Source of the DNA: an uncultured Conexibacter sp.
GTDB taxonomy: Bacteria; Actinomycetota; Thermoleophilia; Solirubrobacterales; Solirubrobacteraceae
Length of the DNA: 64,000 nt
Assembly (NCBI GenBank): GCA_964525715.1
Contig: CAZGJV010000010.1
Coordinates: 18,567-82,566 of the forward strand
Reading direction: 5' to 3'
Both the position numbers and the translations under genes were made by a program. Below are positions 50,046 to 60,324 of this stretch, piece after piece. Under the pieces are notes generated by a model. That model was not told the DNA's origin. It searched no databases and worked only from the letters and a program-made list of their open reading frames with translations. Position 1 is the first letter of the stretch. Every line of letters begins with the position of its first letter.

Positions 50046-51029
50046 TCAGGCCTCGATCGTCTGCTGCGACTCGCCGCGCGCCGCGACCGCCGGCGGCGTG
50101 TCGCGCAGATACCACTCGGCGTCGAGCGCGGCCTTGCAGCCGGAGCCGGCGGCCGTGATCGCCTGGCGGTAGGTGTGGTCGACGAGGTCTCCGGCCGCGA
50201 ACACGCCGGACACGTTCGTCCGCGTCGACAGCCCGGTCGTCTTGACGTAGCCGTTGTCGTCGAGCTCCACCTGCCCGGCGACCAGCTCGGACTGCGGCTC
50301 GTGGCCGATCGCGACGAACGCGCCCGTGGCCGGCACGTCGCGCAGCTCGCCCGTGTCGGCGTGCCGCGTGCGCACGCTCGCGAGCGCGCCTCTGTCGCCG
50401 GCGACGAACTGCTCCGGCACGTAGGGCGTCACGAACTCGATGTTGCCGACCGCTCTCGCGCGGTCGAGCATGATCGCCGAGGCGCGGAACTCCTCGCGGC
50501 GGTGGATCACGTGCACTCTGGCAGCGAACTTCGCGAGGAAGATCGCCTCCTCCATCGCCGAGTCGCCGCCGCCGACGATGACCGTGTCGTGCTCCTTGAA
50601 GAAGGCGGCGTCGCACGTCGCGCAGTACGACACGCCGCGGCCCGACAGCGACTCCTCGCCGTCGATCCCGAGCTTCTTGTGCTGGGCGCCCATCGCGAGC
50701 ACGACCGCCTTCGCGCGGTGCGCCTCGTCGCCGATCCAGACGGTCTGGATCCCGCCGTCGACCAGCTCGACTCTCGTCGCGTCGTCGGTGACGAAGCGCG
50801 TGCCGAAGCGCTCGGCCTGGTCGCGCAGCTCCTGCATCATCTCCGGGCCCATGATCCCGTTCGGGTAGCCGGGGTAGTTCTCGACGTCGGTCGTCTGCTG
50901 CAGCAGACCGCCCCACGCGAAGCCCTCGATCACGAGCGGTCTGAGGTCGGCGCGCGCGGTGTAGAGCGCAGCGGTGTAGCCGGCCGGTCCGCTGCCGATG
51001 ATGATCACGTTCTCGACGTCGTCAGCCAT
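50046..51029 (-). CDS. trxB: Thioredoxin reductase
   Basis: IIGSGPAGYTAA, TTDVENYPG, VSYCATCD, GGGDSAMEEA, GVFAAGD, RQAITAAGSG. Confidence 0.97.
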   Translation of the reverse strand: MADDVENVIIIGSGPAGYTAALYTARADLRPLVIEGFAWGGLLQQTTDVENYPGYPNGIMGPEMMQELRDQAERFGTRFVTDDATRVELVDGGIQTVWIGDEAHRAKAVVLAMGAQHKKLGIDGEESLSGRGVSYCATCDAAFFKEHDTVIVGGGDSAMEEAIFLAKFAARVHVIHRREEFRASAIMLDRARAVGNIEFVTPYVPEQFVAGDRGALASVRTRHADTGELRDVPATGAFVAIGHEPQSELVAGQVELDDNGYVKTTGLSTRTNVSGVFAAGDLVDHTYRQAITAAGSGCKAALDAEWYLRDTPPAVAARGESQQTIEA

Positions 51030-51080
51030 GCCCGCTCCGTTCGAAAGTCCTAATACTTCACAAAGTATAGCGCCAGGCCG

Positions 51081-52220
51081 TCACACCGGCGACAGCCGGT
51101 GCCGCCACTGCTGGACGCGCCGCCGCAGCTGGAAGTAGGCGATCACGCCCGGCACGGTCGGCAGCCAGAACGCGAACAGACGATACGAGAGCACGGCCAG
51201 CACGGCGACGCCGGCGTCGACCCCGAACGCCGCCAGCGCGCCGATCATGCCGCCGTCGACCCCGCCGATCCCGCCGGGGATCGGCAGCAGGTTCGCGAGC
51301 ATCCCGACGAAGAACGCCTGGATCAGCACGGCGATCGGCGGCGAGGAGCCGAACGCGCGGAAGGACGCCCACAGCACCGCGATGTTGAACGTCCACCACG
51401 TGACCGAGCCGATCATCGCGAGGTCGGGATGGACGACCTTGTACAGCGCGAAGCGCACGCCCCCCCGCATCGAGGCCGGCGCCAGCGCGAAGCGGCGCAG
51501 CCAGCGCGCGACGCGCGGCCTGCGCGGCGCCATCCGCTCGATGCGCCGCTCGAAGTCCTCCGGCACGAGCGCGAGCGCACCGACCACGACGATCACGGTG
51601 CCCGCGATGATCGCCGGCACGACCGTCAGGCCGAACGGCGCCTCGCCGGACAGCAGACCGGTGCGCAGCCCGATCCCGCACACGAGCATCGCCGTCACGT
51701 AGACGCCGTAGAGCACGACGAGGAACGCGATCATCCGCTCGGCCACCTCGCGCCGCTCCATGCCCGAGCGCCGCAGCGCCCACGCCGTCAGCGCGACGCC
51801 GCCCGCGCCGCCGGCCGCGAACAGCCGCGTCGCCGCCAGGCCGGCCATCGTGATCAGGTAGCTGTCGCGGTGTCTGAGCGGCGAGCCGGGCGGCACGTGG
51901 ATGCCGTGGAACAGCGCCACGTAGCTGGCGATCGACAGCAGCTCGAACCCCAGCGCCGCCGCGAGCCACGCGTGGTCGCCGTCGGAGACTCTCACGTAGG
52001 CCGCCTTCACCCCGCCGATCTGCGGCAGCACGAAGTACAGGAACGCGATCGACGCGAGCACGAAGACGACGAGCGCGATCACCCGCCGGCGCGTCAGCGC
52101 GACGCGCGGCATCTCCTCGTCGTCGTGCGGCGGCACGGCCGGCGGGACCTCGACCGGCGGCCCGGCGGACGCGTCGCGCAGTCGTGCGCGCGCAGCCGGC
52201 TCGACGGCGTCCTCGGCCAT
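51081..52220 (-). CDS. Lysylphosphatidylglycerol synthase TM-domain / UPF0104 flippase-like protein
   Basis: Multiple TM helices with PGGIGGVDGGM and VLSYRLFAFWLP. Confidence 0.85.
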   Translation of the reverse strand: MAEDAVEPAARARLRDASAGPPVEVPPAVPPHDDEEMPRVALTRRRVIALVVFVLASIAFLYFVLPQIGGVKAAYVRVSDGDHAWLAAALGFELLSIASYVALFHGIHVPPGSPLRHRDSYLITMAGLAATRLFAAGGAGGVALTAWALRRSGMERREVAERMIAFLVVLYGVYVTAMLVCGIGLRTGLLSGEAPFGLTVVPAIIAGTVIVVVGALALVPEDFERRIERMAPRRPRVARWLRRFALAPASMRGGVRFALYKVVHPDLAMIGSVTWWTFNIAVLWASFRAFGSSPPIAVLIQAFFVGMLANLLPIPGGIGGVDGGMIGALAAFGVDAGVAVLAVLSYRLFAFWLPTVPGVIAYFQLRRRVQQWRHRLSPV

Positions 52221-52224
52221 GAGC

Positions 52225-53187
52225 CTAGGCGTGCGCCCGCGCCTCGAGCGCCTGCACCACGCCGGCGGCCCGCTCCAGGCGCGGCCCGAGCACCGGCGCG
52301 AGCGCGCGCACGCCCTCGGTCAGCGCGAGCCCCGCGAGCAGGTCGGCGACGTAATGCTCGCCGAGGTAGACGAGCGCGAGGCCGAGCGTCAGCGCGTAGG
52401 TCCAGCCGAGCGCGCCCTCGACCGGCCCGGACTCGGCGAGCAGGTGAGCGGCGTTGACGGACGTGGCGAAGTGCAGGGAGGGCATGGCGGCGAGGGGATT
52501 GCCTCCCAGAACAGAGTAGAGCGGGCCCCAGCGATGCTTCCAGAACTGCTCGCCGTACTCGACCATCATGCGCCGCACGGGCGGCGTGTGCGGGTCGCCG
52601 AGCCGGCCTCTCTCGGCCGCGTACCAGGGCGGCGCCGTCGGCACCAGCCAGTACACGACGGCGCCGAGGTCGAAGACCGCGTAGGTCGTGGCGGCCGCGC
52701 GGCCGAAGCGCTCGCGATGGCGGACGAGCACGTAGGCGGTCGCCGCGTGCGGCACCGCGAACCACAGCCAGTGGGTCCACACGAGCACCTTCTCGAGGCG
52801 GCGCGTCTGCCCGGGAGCGGGCAGCAGCCGCTGCAGCCGCAGCGTCGGCGGCACGCCGAGGCCGAGCACGCGGTCGACCCGCACGGGATAGTCGATCCGC
52901 ACGCGGCGTTCGAGCGCCTCGGCGTCGTCGTGCGGCATCTCGTACGCCGCCAGGTACGCCCACATCTGCAGCGCGCAGGTCGCGACGTCGCGTGCGCGCG
53001 TGCGCGGGAGGGCGACGCAGATGGCGACGGGCGCGGCCGCGGCGGTCGCGAGCACCGCTGCCTTCGGCAGGCGCATTCGGCGTCGCACGAGTGGTGCGGC
53101 CACGCCGGCGGCGACGACCGACCACGCCGCGACTCGGATGGCCTGGGACTTCCGCAAAGCGCGGGGAGTATATGAGGGGCGTCTCAT
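52225..53187 (-). CDS. PAP2-family phosphatase/phosphotransferase (AUR1-like)
   Basis: PTAPPW, AAMPSLH, LGEHY..D motifs; start uncertain. Confidence 0.85.
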   Translation of the reverse strand: MRRPSYTPRALRKSQAIRVAAWSVVAAGVAAPLVRRRMRLPKAAVLATAAAAPVAICVALPRTRARDVATCALQMWAYLAAYEMPHDDAEALERRVRIDYPVRVDRVLGLGVPPTLRLQRLLPAPGQTRRLEKVLVWTHWLWFAVPHAATAYVLVRHRERFGRAAATTYAVFDLGAVVYWLVPTAPPWYAAERGRLGDPHTPPVRRMMVEYGEQFWKHRWGPLYSVLGGNPLAAMPSLHFATSVNAAHLLAESGPVEGALGWTYALTLGLALVYLGEHYVADLLAGLALTEGVRALAPVLGPRLERAAGVVQALEARAHA

Positions 53188-53256
53188 GCCGGACGGTCGC
53201 GCGGTCCGCGCGGGCGACTGCGCCGCACCCGGCCGGCGGCGCTTACAGTCCGGCCC

Positions 53257-54069
53257 ATGAGCGACTACGAGCTGGTGCACGCCTACGAGACCGTCAACCT
53301 CCAGCGCGCCGGCGGCGCCGCGCGGATCGAGCTGAACCGGCCCGAGAAGATGAACGCGTGGGAGGCGACGCTCACGCGCGACCTGCTCGCGGCGCTGGAG
53401 CGCGTGGCCGGGGACGACACGCTGCGCGCCGTGCTGCTGACCGGCGCGGGGCGCGGCTTCTGCTCGGGCGCCGACCTGTCCGCCGGCTTCGACCCGACGC
53501 CGAGCGGCCACCCCGACCTGCAGACCTCGCTGCGCGAGCGCTATCACCCGGTCATCACGACGATCCGCGAGCTGCCCAAGCCGGTCGTCGCGGCCGTCAA
53601 CGGCGGCGCCGTGGGCGTCGGCTGCTCGCTCGCGCTCGCCTGCGACCTGATCCTCGCGGCCGAGTCGGCCTACTTCCTGCTCGCGTTCGTGAACATCGGG
53701 CTCGTGCCCGACGGCGGCTCCTCCGCCTTCATCCCGGCGCGCGTCGGGCTCACGCGCGCGCTCGAGATGGCGATGCTCGGCGAGCGCGTGCACGCGCCCA
53801 AGGCGCTCGAGTGGGGGCTCGTCAACGCCGTGCATCCAGACGACGAGCTGCAGGCCGCGGCCGACGCGCTCGTCGCGCGCCTGGCGACCGGTCCGACGCT
53901 GTCCTACGCGGGCGCCAAGCGCCAGCTGAACGCGTGGGCCTACCGGGCGCTGGCGGAGCAGCTCGAGCTGGAGGCGGCGATCCAACAGGAGCAGGCGGTG
54001 ACGGCCGACTTCGTCGAGGGCGTCACGGCCTTCCTGCAGAAGCGCCCGGCGGCGTTCGAAGGCCGGTGA
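53257..54069 (+). CDS. Enoyl-CoA hydratase/isomerase (PaaG-like)
   Basis: LNRPEKMNA, GRGFCSGADL, AAVNGGAVGVG, IGLVPDGG, EGVTAFLQKR. Confidence 0.93.
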   Translation: MSDYELVHAYETVNLQRAGGAARIELNRPEKMNAWEATLTRDLLAALERVAGDDTLRAVLLTGAGRGFCSGADLSAGFDPTPSGHPDLQTSLRERYHPVITTIRELPKPVVAAVNGGAVGVGCSLALACDLILAAESAYFLLAFVNIGLVPDGGSSAFIPARVGLTRALEMAMLGERVHAPKALEWGLVNAVHPDDELQAAADALVARLATGPTLSYAGAKRQLNAWAYRALAEQLELEAAIQQEQAVTADFVEGVTAFLQKRPAAFEGR

Positions 54070-54121
54070 GCCTTCCCCGCCCGGCCGCCGGAGCCGGGGT
54101 GACGCGTCACTCCGCCGCTCC

Positions 54122-55009
54122 ATGAGTAGAATCCGCGCCGCCTTGCGACCTGAATCCTCCTTCCGCCGCCGCCTCGTCGCGGCCCTGCTGCTCGCGACGA
54201 TCGCTTCGCTCGTCTTCGCCAGCGGCGCGTTCGCCAACCTCATCACCCCCGAGTCGGGTGGATCGCCGAACGCCAATCAGATCTCCTCGCTGTACAAGAT
54301 CATCCTCTACATCGCGATCGTCGTGTTCGTGGTCGTCGAGGGTGCGCTGCTGTACTCGCTCGTCAAGTTCCGCGCCAGAAGAGGCCGCGTCGCCGCCCAG
54401 ATCCACGGCAACACCCGCCTGGAGATCACCTGGACCGTCGCCGCCGCGCTGATCCTCGTCGTGCTCGCGGCCGTCACGTTCGCGAAGCTGCCCTCGATCC
54501 AGAATCCGCCGAACAGCGGCCCCAACGGCCTGCAGTTCGCGTCCACCACGGAGCCGACGCCGCCCAACGGCAAGAAGCTCACGATCTGCGTGACCGGCCG
54601 CCAGTACATCTGGCGCTACACGTACGGCGCCGACTGCAAGTCCAACGCGTTCGGGCTGCCCTACTCCTACCAGGAGATGGTCGTCCCGGCCGACACGACC
54701 GTCGTGCTCGACCTGCAGTCGACCGACGTCATCCACTCCTGGTGGATCCCCAAGCTCGGCGGCAAGTTCGACGCCTTCCCGGGGTACCGCAACTTCACCT
54801 GGTTCAAGGCGCCCACCGCCGGCGCGCTGTACAGAGGCCAGTGCGCCGAGCTGTGCGGCCGCAACCACGCCGACATGACGGCGCGCGTGAAAGTCGTGAC
54901 GCCCGACCAGTACCTCACCTGGATCGCCGGCCAGAAGGCCGCCATCGCGGCCGCCAACAGACAGGTCATCCAGCTGCACCAGCAGTTGAGAACCTACGGC
55001 ATCCTCTAG
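54122..55009 (+). CDS. coxB: Cytochrome c oxidase subunit II (module 1)
   Basis: IHGNTRLEITWT, DVIHSWWIP, CuA motif CAELCGRNHADM. Confidence 0.94.
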   Translation: MSRIRAALRPESSFRRRLVAALLLATIASLVFASGAFANLITPESGGSPNANQISSLYKIILYIAIVVFVVVEGALLYSLVKFRARRGRVAAQIHGNTRLEITWTVAAALILVVLAAVTFAKLPSIQNPPNSGPNGLQFASTTEPTPPNGKKLTICVTGRQYIWRYTYGADCKSNAFGLPYSYQEMVVPADTTVVLDLQSTDVIHSWWIPKLGGKFDAFPGYRNFTWFKAPTAGALYRGQCAELCGRNHADMTARVKVVTPDQYLTWIAGQKAAIAAANRQVIQLHQQLRTYGIL

Positions 55010-55051
55010 CGCTCCTCCTTACTCCAGCAGACAAAGGAATCCGAACCGATC

Positions 55052-56752
55052 ATGGCCACCACCGAGTACGCACTGCGCCCAGTGCCCCAGGTGATCGCCC
55101 ACGAGGTCACGGCCGAGCCCACGCGCGCGCGGTGGACCGAGTGGTTCACCACGACCGACCACAAGAAGATCGGGATCCTCTACATCGTCACGACGTTCGC
55201 CTTCTTCCTGATCGGCGGCGTCGAGGCGCTCCTCATACGTCTGCAGCTGGGTGAGCCGAACAACAACCTGCTGACGCCCGAGCATTACAACGAGCTGTTC
55301 ACGCTCCACGGCACGACGATGATCTTCCTGTTCGTCGTGCCGATGATGGCGGGCTTCGCGAACTACTTCCTGCCGCTGATGATCGGCGCGCGCGACATGG
55401 CGTTCCCGCGCCTCAACGCGCTCTCCTACTGGCTGCTGCTGTTCGGCGGCATCGTCTTCTACAGCTCGCTCTTCTGGCAGCCGCCGGAGGCGGGCTGGTT
55501 CTCCTACACGCCGCTCTCCAGCTCCATCTACACGCCGAGCGGCGGCCAGGACGCGTGGATCTACCTGATCCACATCACCGGCATCTCCTCGCTCGTCGGC
55601 GCGATCAACTTCTACGCGACGATCGTGAACATGCGCGCGCCAGGCATGGGCTGGGGCCGTCTGCCGCTGTTCGTGTGGGCGATCCTGATCTACGCGCTGC
55701 TGCTGATCCTCGCGCTGCCGGTGATCGCCGGCGCCGTCACGATGCTGCTGACGGACCGCAACTTCGGCACCCACTTCTTCGACCCGACCCAGGGCGGCTC
55801 GCCACTCTTGTGGCAGCACCTGTTCTGGTTCTTCGGGCATCCAGAGGTGTACATCATGATCTTGCCGGGCTTCGGGATCGTCTCCGAGATCCTCCCGGTG
55901 TTCGCGCGCAAGCCGATCTTCGGCTACAAGGCGATCGCCGCCTCGACGGTCGTGATCGCCTTCCTGGCGGCGCTCGTGTGGGCCCACCACATGTTCCAGA
56001 CGCCGGTGCCGACCGTCGTGCTCGGCTTCTTCATGCTGTCGTCGTTCCTGATCGCAGTGCCGACGGGCGTGAAGATCTTCAACTGGATCGCGACGCTGTG
56101 GCGCGGCAACATCGACTTCAAGACGCCGCTGTACTTCTGCGTCGGCTTCATCTCGATCTTCGTCGTCGGCGGCATCACCGGCGTCTTCCTGGCCGTCTTC
56201 CCCGTCGACTGGCAGCTGACCGACACGTACTTCGTCGTCGCCCACTTCCACTACGTGCTGATGGGCGGCGCGGTCTTCACGATCTTCGCCGGCCTCTACT
56301 ACTGGTACCCGAAGATGACGGGCCGGATGCTGAGCGAGCCGCTCGGCAAAGCCTCCTTCTGGCTGATGTTCGTCGGCTTCAACGTCACCTTCCTGGTCCA
56401 GCACGCCGCGGGCCTCTCGGGCATGCCCCGCCGCGTCTACCAGTACCCGGCCGACGCCGGCCTGACGCTGTACAACCAGATCTCGACGGTCGGCGCGTTC
56501 ATCCTCGGCTTCGGGATCCTGCTGTCGGTGATCAACTTCGTGCGCAGCCTCAAGAAGGGCGCGATCGCCGGCCCCGACCCGTGGAAGGCGAACACGCTCG
56601 AGTGGTTCACGACGTCGCCGCCGCCGGTTAACAACTTCGACGTCGTGCCGCGCGTCCGCTCGGTCGAGCCGATGAAGGACATCCGCCGCCAGGTGGAGCG
56701 TCAGTCCGGCGTCGAGCACGAGTCGGCACCGCAGCCCGCCGTCACCGTCTGA
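55052..56752 (+). CDS. ctaD: Cytochrome c oxidase subunit I, A1-type (module 1)
   Basis: TDHKKIG, HGTTMIF, DMAFPRLN, WFFGHPEVY, WAHHMF, AHFHY, GMPRR. Confidence 0.97.
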   Translation: MATTEYALRPVPQVIAHEVTAEPTRARWTEWFTTTDHKKIGILYIVTTFAFFLIGGVEALLIRLQLGEPNNNLLTPEHYNELFTLHGTTMIFLFVVPMMAGFANYFLPLMIGARDMAFPRLNALSYWLLLFGGIVFYSSLFWQPPEAGWFSYTPLSSSIYTPSGGQDAWIYLIHITGISSLVGAINFYATIVNMRAPGMGWGRLPLFVWAILIYALLLILALPVIAGAVTMLLTDRNFGTHFFDPTQGGSPLLWQHLFWFFGHPEVYIMILPGFGIVSEILPVFARKPIFGYKAIAASTVVIAFLAALVWAHHMFQTPVPTVVLGFFMLSSFLIAVPTGVKIFNWIATLWRGNIDFKTPLYFCVGFISIFVVGGITGVFLAVFPVDWQLTDTYFVVAHFHYVLMGGAVFTIFAGLYYWYPKMTGRMLSEPLGKASFWLMFVGFNVTFLVQHAAGLSGMPRRVYQYPADAGLTLYNQISTVGAFILGFGILLSVINFVRSLKKGAIAGPDPWKANTLEWFTTSPPPVNNFDVVPRVRSVEPMKDIRRQVERQSGVEHESAPQPAVTV

Positions 56753-56808
56753 CGATGGCGGCCCGGCCGCACCGGCTCGGAGCCGCCACCCGCTAGGCTG
56801 CCCTGCGC

Positions 56809-57744
<936 letters not shown>

Positions 57745-57770
57745 CCCGACGAAGTAGGATTCCCGACACC

Positions 57771-57881
57771 ATGGACCGTCGACTCGCTCGCAAGAACATC
57801 CGCTCCGCGCTGATCGCCACGGCGGTCTGCATCTTCATGTTCGGCGCCTCCTTCCTGGCCGCCGCGATCTACATCTCATGA
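57771..57881 (+). CDS. 36-aa single-TM protein (missing from the ORF track)
   Basis: MDRRLARKNIRSALIATAVCIFMFGASFLAAAIYIS*; stop overlaps the next ATG; TAGGAT upstream. Confidence 0.65.
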   Translation: MDRRLARKNIRSALIATAVCIFMFGASFLAAAIYIS

Positions 57882-58111
57882 CGAGCCCCGAGCAGACCCC
57901 GCCGCCCGCCGGCGAGGAGATCCACCTCCCCGGCCCGAGCCTGCTGCCGATCCTCTGCGCAGCCGGCATCACGCTGGGCATCATCGGCATCACGCTCGGC
58001 TGGGTCCTCAGCGCCGTCGGCATCATCCTGTTCGTCGTGACGACGTGGAAGTGGATCGCCTCCACCCGCCGCGACATCCAGGCGCTCCCGCCAGAGCACA
58101 GCAGCCACTGA
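57878..58111 (+). CDS. Small two-TM protein, cytochrome c oxidase subunit IV-like
   Basis: GEEIHLPGPSLLP followed by two TM helices, within the oxidase locus. Confidence 0.7.
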   Translation: MTSPEQTPPPAGEEIHLPGPSLLPILCAAGITLGIIGITLGWVLSAVGIILFVVTTWKWIASTRRDIQALPPEHSSH

Positions 58112-58123
58112 TCGCCGCGGGCG

Positions 58124-58225
58124 CTCGCCCGCTCAAATCCGTTCCTGGCAAGGAAGCAGGGAGCGTGGCCTGCTAAGCAGGCGAGCGACCGATGACGCCG
58201 CCAGGGGCGGATTTCAGCGGGCGAG
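58124..58225. repeat. About 100-bp palindromic REP/MITE-like element; likely bidirectional terminator
   Basis: 26-bp imperfect terminal inverted repeats (ctcgcccgctcaaatccgttcctggc / gccaggggcggatttcagcgggcgag) around an internal hairpin gcctgc-taa-gcaggc, between convergent genes. Confidence 0.65.
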
Positions 58226-58618
58226 GGGCACGGCGCAGACGGCGCCGTCCTCGGTCCAGCAGCGCACGACGTCGCGCATCGACAGGACGCCGACGAGCTC
58301 GGCGCCTTCGACGACGATCAGGTGGCGGAAGCCGCCGCGGACCATCTCGCAGGCGGCCTGCTCGAGCGACCAGTCGGGCGCCGCGAACACGAGGTCGCTC
58401 GTGAGGTGGTCGCCGACCAGCTCGGCGTCCGGGTCGAGCCCGCGGCCGATCGCGGCGAGCAGGTCGCGCTCGGTCAGCAGCCCGGGACCCGGCTGATCGC
58501 CGTCGAGCACGATCGCCGAGCCGACGCGCCGCTCGTGCATGAGCTGCGCCGCCTCGCGCAGCGTGTGCCCCGGACCGACCGTGAGCGACGTGGCCGACAT
58601 CCCCTCGCGAACCTGCAT
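58214..58618 (-). CDS. CBS domain protein
   Basis: TLREAAQLM...VGSAIV, GLLTERDLL, FRHLIV...VGVLSMRD. Start MQVREG at 58618. Confidence 0.9.
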   Translation of the reverse strand: MQVREGMSATSLTVGPGHTLREAAQLMHERRVGSAIVLDGDQPGPGLLTERDLLAAIGRGLDPDAELVGDHLTSDLVFAAPDWSLEQAACEMVRGGFRHLIVVEGAELVGVLSMRDVVRCWTEDGAVCAVPLAR

Positions 58619-58803
58619 CGTCGTCCCTCCCGTTTGGCTTGCAACGATTGCCTCAAGCATACTTGACGGCGAAGCGCCCGCCGAAACGTCGCATCCCGTG
58701 GCATCCGGCGGCTTTCGTACCCAAAGCGCGCCGGTGCGCCAGCTTCCGGACATTCTCGGCGTAATCGCAAACCAAACAAGCCGCTGCGACGTATCTGCTG
58801 CAC

Positions 58804-59181
58804 ATGCAACGACCCGGCACCGTCCGCCACCGCACGCAGCTCTACTCGGAGGCCATCCGGATCGTCGAAGCCGAGTACGCGTCAGATCTCGAGCTCGACG
58901 ACATCGCCCGCCGGGTCGCCAGCTCGCGCCGCCAGCTCCAGCGCGCCTACGCCGAGATCGGCCACACGACGTTCCGCGAGCACCTCACGCGGGTGCGCAT
59001 GGAGCGCGCCGCCGGGCTGCTCGCGAACGGCTCGCTGACCGTGCGCGAGGTCGCGCGCCGCGTCGGCTACCGCCAGCCGGCGCAGTTCGCCAAGACGTTC
59101 CGCCGCCACCTCGGCGCCGTCCCGTCGGCGTACCGCACCCGTGTGCGGGACCGCGGCGAGCACCTGCAGCACGCTGCCTGA
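58804..59181 (+). CDS. Stand-alone AraC-type HTH regulator
   Basis: LDDIARRVASSRRQLQR, RMERAAGLL, VREVARRVGYRQPAQFAKTFRRHLG. Confidence 0.9.
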   Translation: MQRPGTVRHRTQLYSEAIRIVEAEYASDLELDDIARRVASSRRQLQRAYAEIGHTTFREHLTRVRMERAAGLLANGSLTVREVARRVGYRQPAQFAKTFRRHLGAVPSAYRTRVRDRGEHLQHAA

Positions 59182-59264
59182 CCGTCCCCGTTTGCGGTCC
59201 ATCCCACCTGTCGCATAGGATCGGCACCGGAGAGTTGTGAGGGTGCTCGCGACAGGACAAGCCG

Positions 59265-60311
59265 GTGCGTAAGCACCCCATCATCCAGATGGTCGCCATT
59301 GGTGCGATCGCCTCTGCGATCGGCATCGCGCTGTCCTACTGGATCCACTGGTTCCCGGCCGACGCGGCGAAGCAGGACAAGCCGATCGACACGCTCTACC
59401 ACGTGCTGATGATCGTCTCGATCCCGATCTTCGTGCTCGTGCTGACGGTCATCCTCTACTCGGTCTGGGCCTTCCGCATGCGCCCCGGCCAGGAGAACGA
59501 GGACGGGGCGCCGATCCACGGCAACACGCGCCTCGAGGTCTTCTGGACGGCGATCCCGGCGATCATCCTCGTGTCGCTCTGCAGCTACGCCTACGGCGTG
59601 CTGACCGACATCGAGAAGACGCACAAGGACGAGCTCGTCGTCAAGGTCCACGCGATCCAGTTCGCCTGGACCTTCGGCTATCCGCAGGCGGGCGGCAGAA
59701 CGGTCGTCTCCGACCAGCTCTACCTGCCGAAGGACCGCCCCGTGCGCTTCGACATCGACACGCAGGACGTGATCCACGACTTCTGGGTGCCGGCCTTCCG
59801 CGTGAAGATCGACACGGTTCCGGGCATCGTCACCCACCTGCGCGTGACGCCCACCAAGATCGGCAGCTACCCGGTCGTGTGCGCCGAGCTGTGCGGCCTC
59901 GGCCACTCGGTGATGCGCTCGACCGCGCACGTGATGACGCCCGCCGCGTTCAGCAGATGGCTCGTGCAGAAGCAGGCGCCGGTCACGATCGCCGCCGGAG
60001 GCGGAGGCGGCGGCGGCCAGCCGTCGCAGACCCAGCTGATCGCGCTCGGCAGACAGACCTTCACGAGCGACGGCGGCTGCGGTGCCTGTCACACGCTCGC
60101 CGAGGCGGGCACGACCGGGACGACCGGGCCGGACCTCGGCAGAGCGCTCAGAGGTCAGAGCCAGGCCGACATCCGCACCGACATCGTCAGCCCGAACGCG
60201 AGAATCACGCCCGGGTACCCGGCGAACATCATGCCGCCCACGTTCGCGCAGACGCTCTCGGCGCAGCAACTGGACGGGCTCGTCGCCTACCTGGCTACCG
60301 TGTCGAAGTGA
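59265..60311 (+). CDS. coxB: Cytochrome c oxidase subunit II with fused cytochrome c (caa3-type, module 2)
   Basis: IHGNTRLEVFWT, DVIHDFWVP, CAELCGLGHSVM, Gly linker, heme motif CGACH with distal Met (NIMPP). Confidence 0.93.
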   Translation: MRKHPIIQMVAIGAIASAIGIALSYWIHWFPADAAKQDKPIDTLYHVLMIVSIPIFVLVLTVILYSVWAFRMRPGQENEDGAPIHGNTRLEVFWTAIPAIILVSLCSYAYGVLTDIEKTHKDELVVKVHAIQFAWTFGYPQAGGRTVVSDQLYLPKDRPVRFDIDTQDVIHDFWVPAFRVKIDTVPGIVTHLRVTPTKIGSYPVVCAELCGLGHSVMRSTAHVMTPAAFSRWLVQKQAPVTIAAGGGGGGGQPSQTQLIALGRQTFTSDGGCGACHTLAEAGTTGTTGPDLGRALRGQSQADIRTDIVSPNARITPGYPANIMPPTFAQTLSAQQLDGLVAYLATVSK

Positions 60312-60324
60312 TGGAGGAGATCTG

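Noticed and set aside
51053..51069. Possible Rex box upstream of trxB (atacttcacaaagtat)
   Set aside because: Only one TTGTGAA half-site is present, and the dyad overlaps a likely TATACT -10 element.
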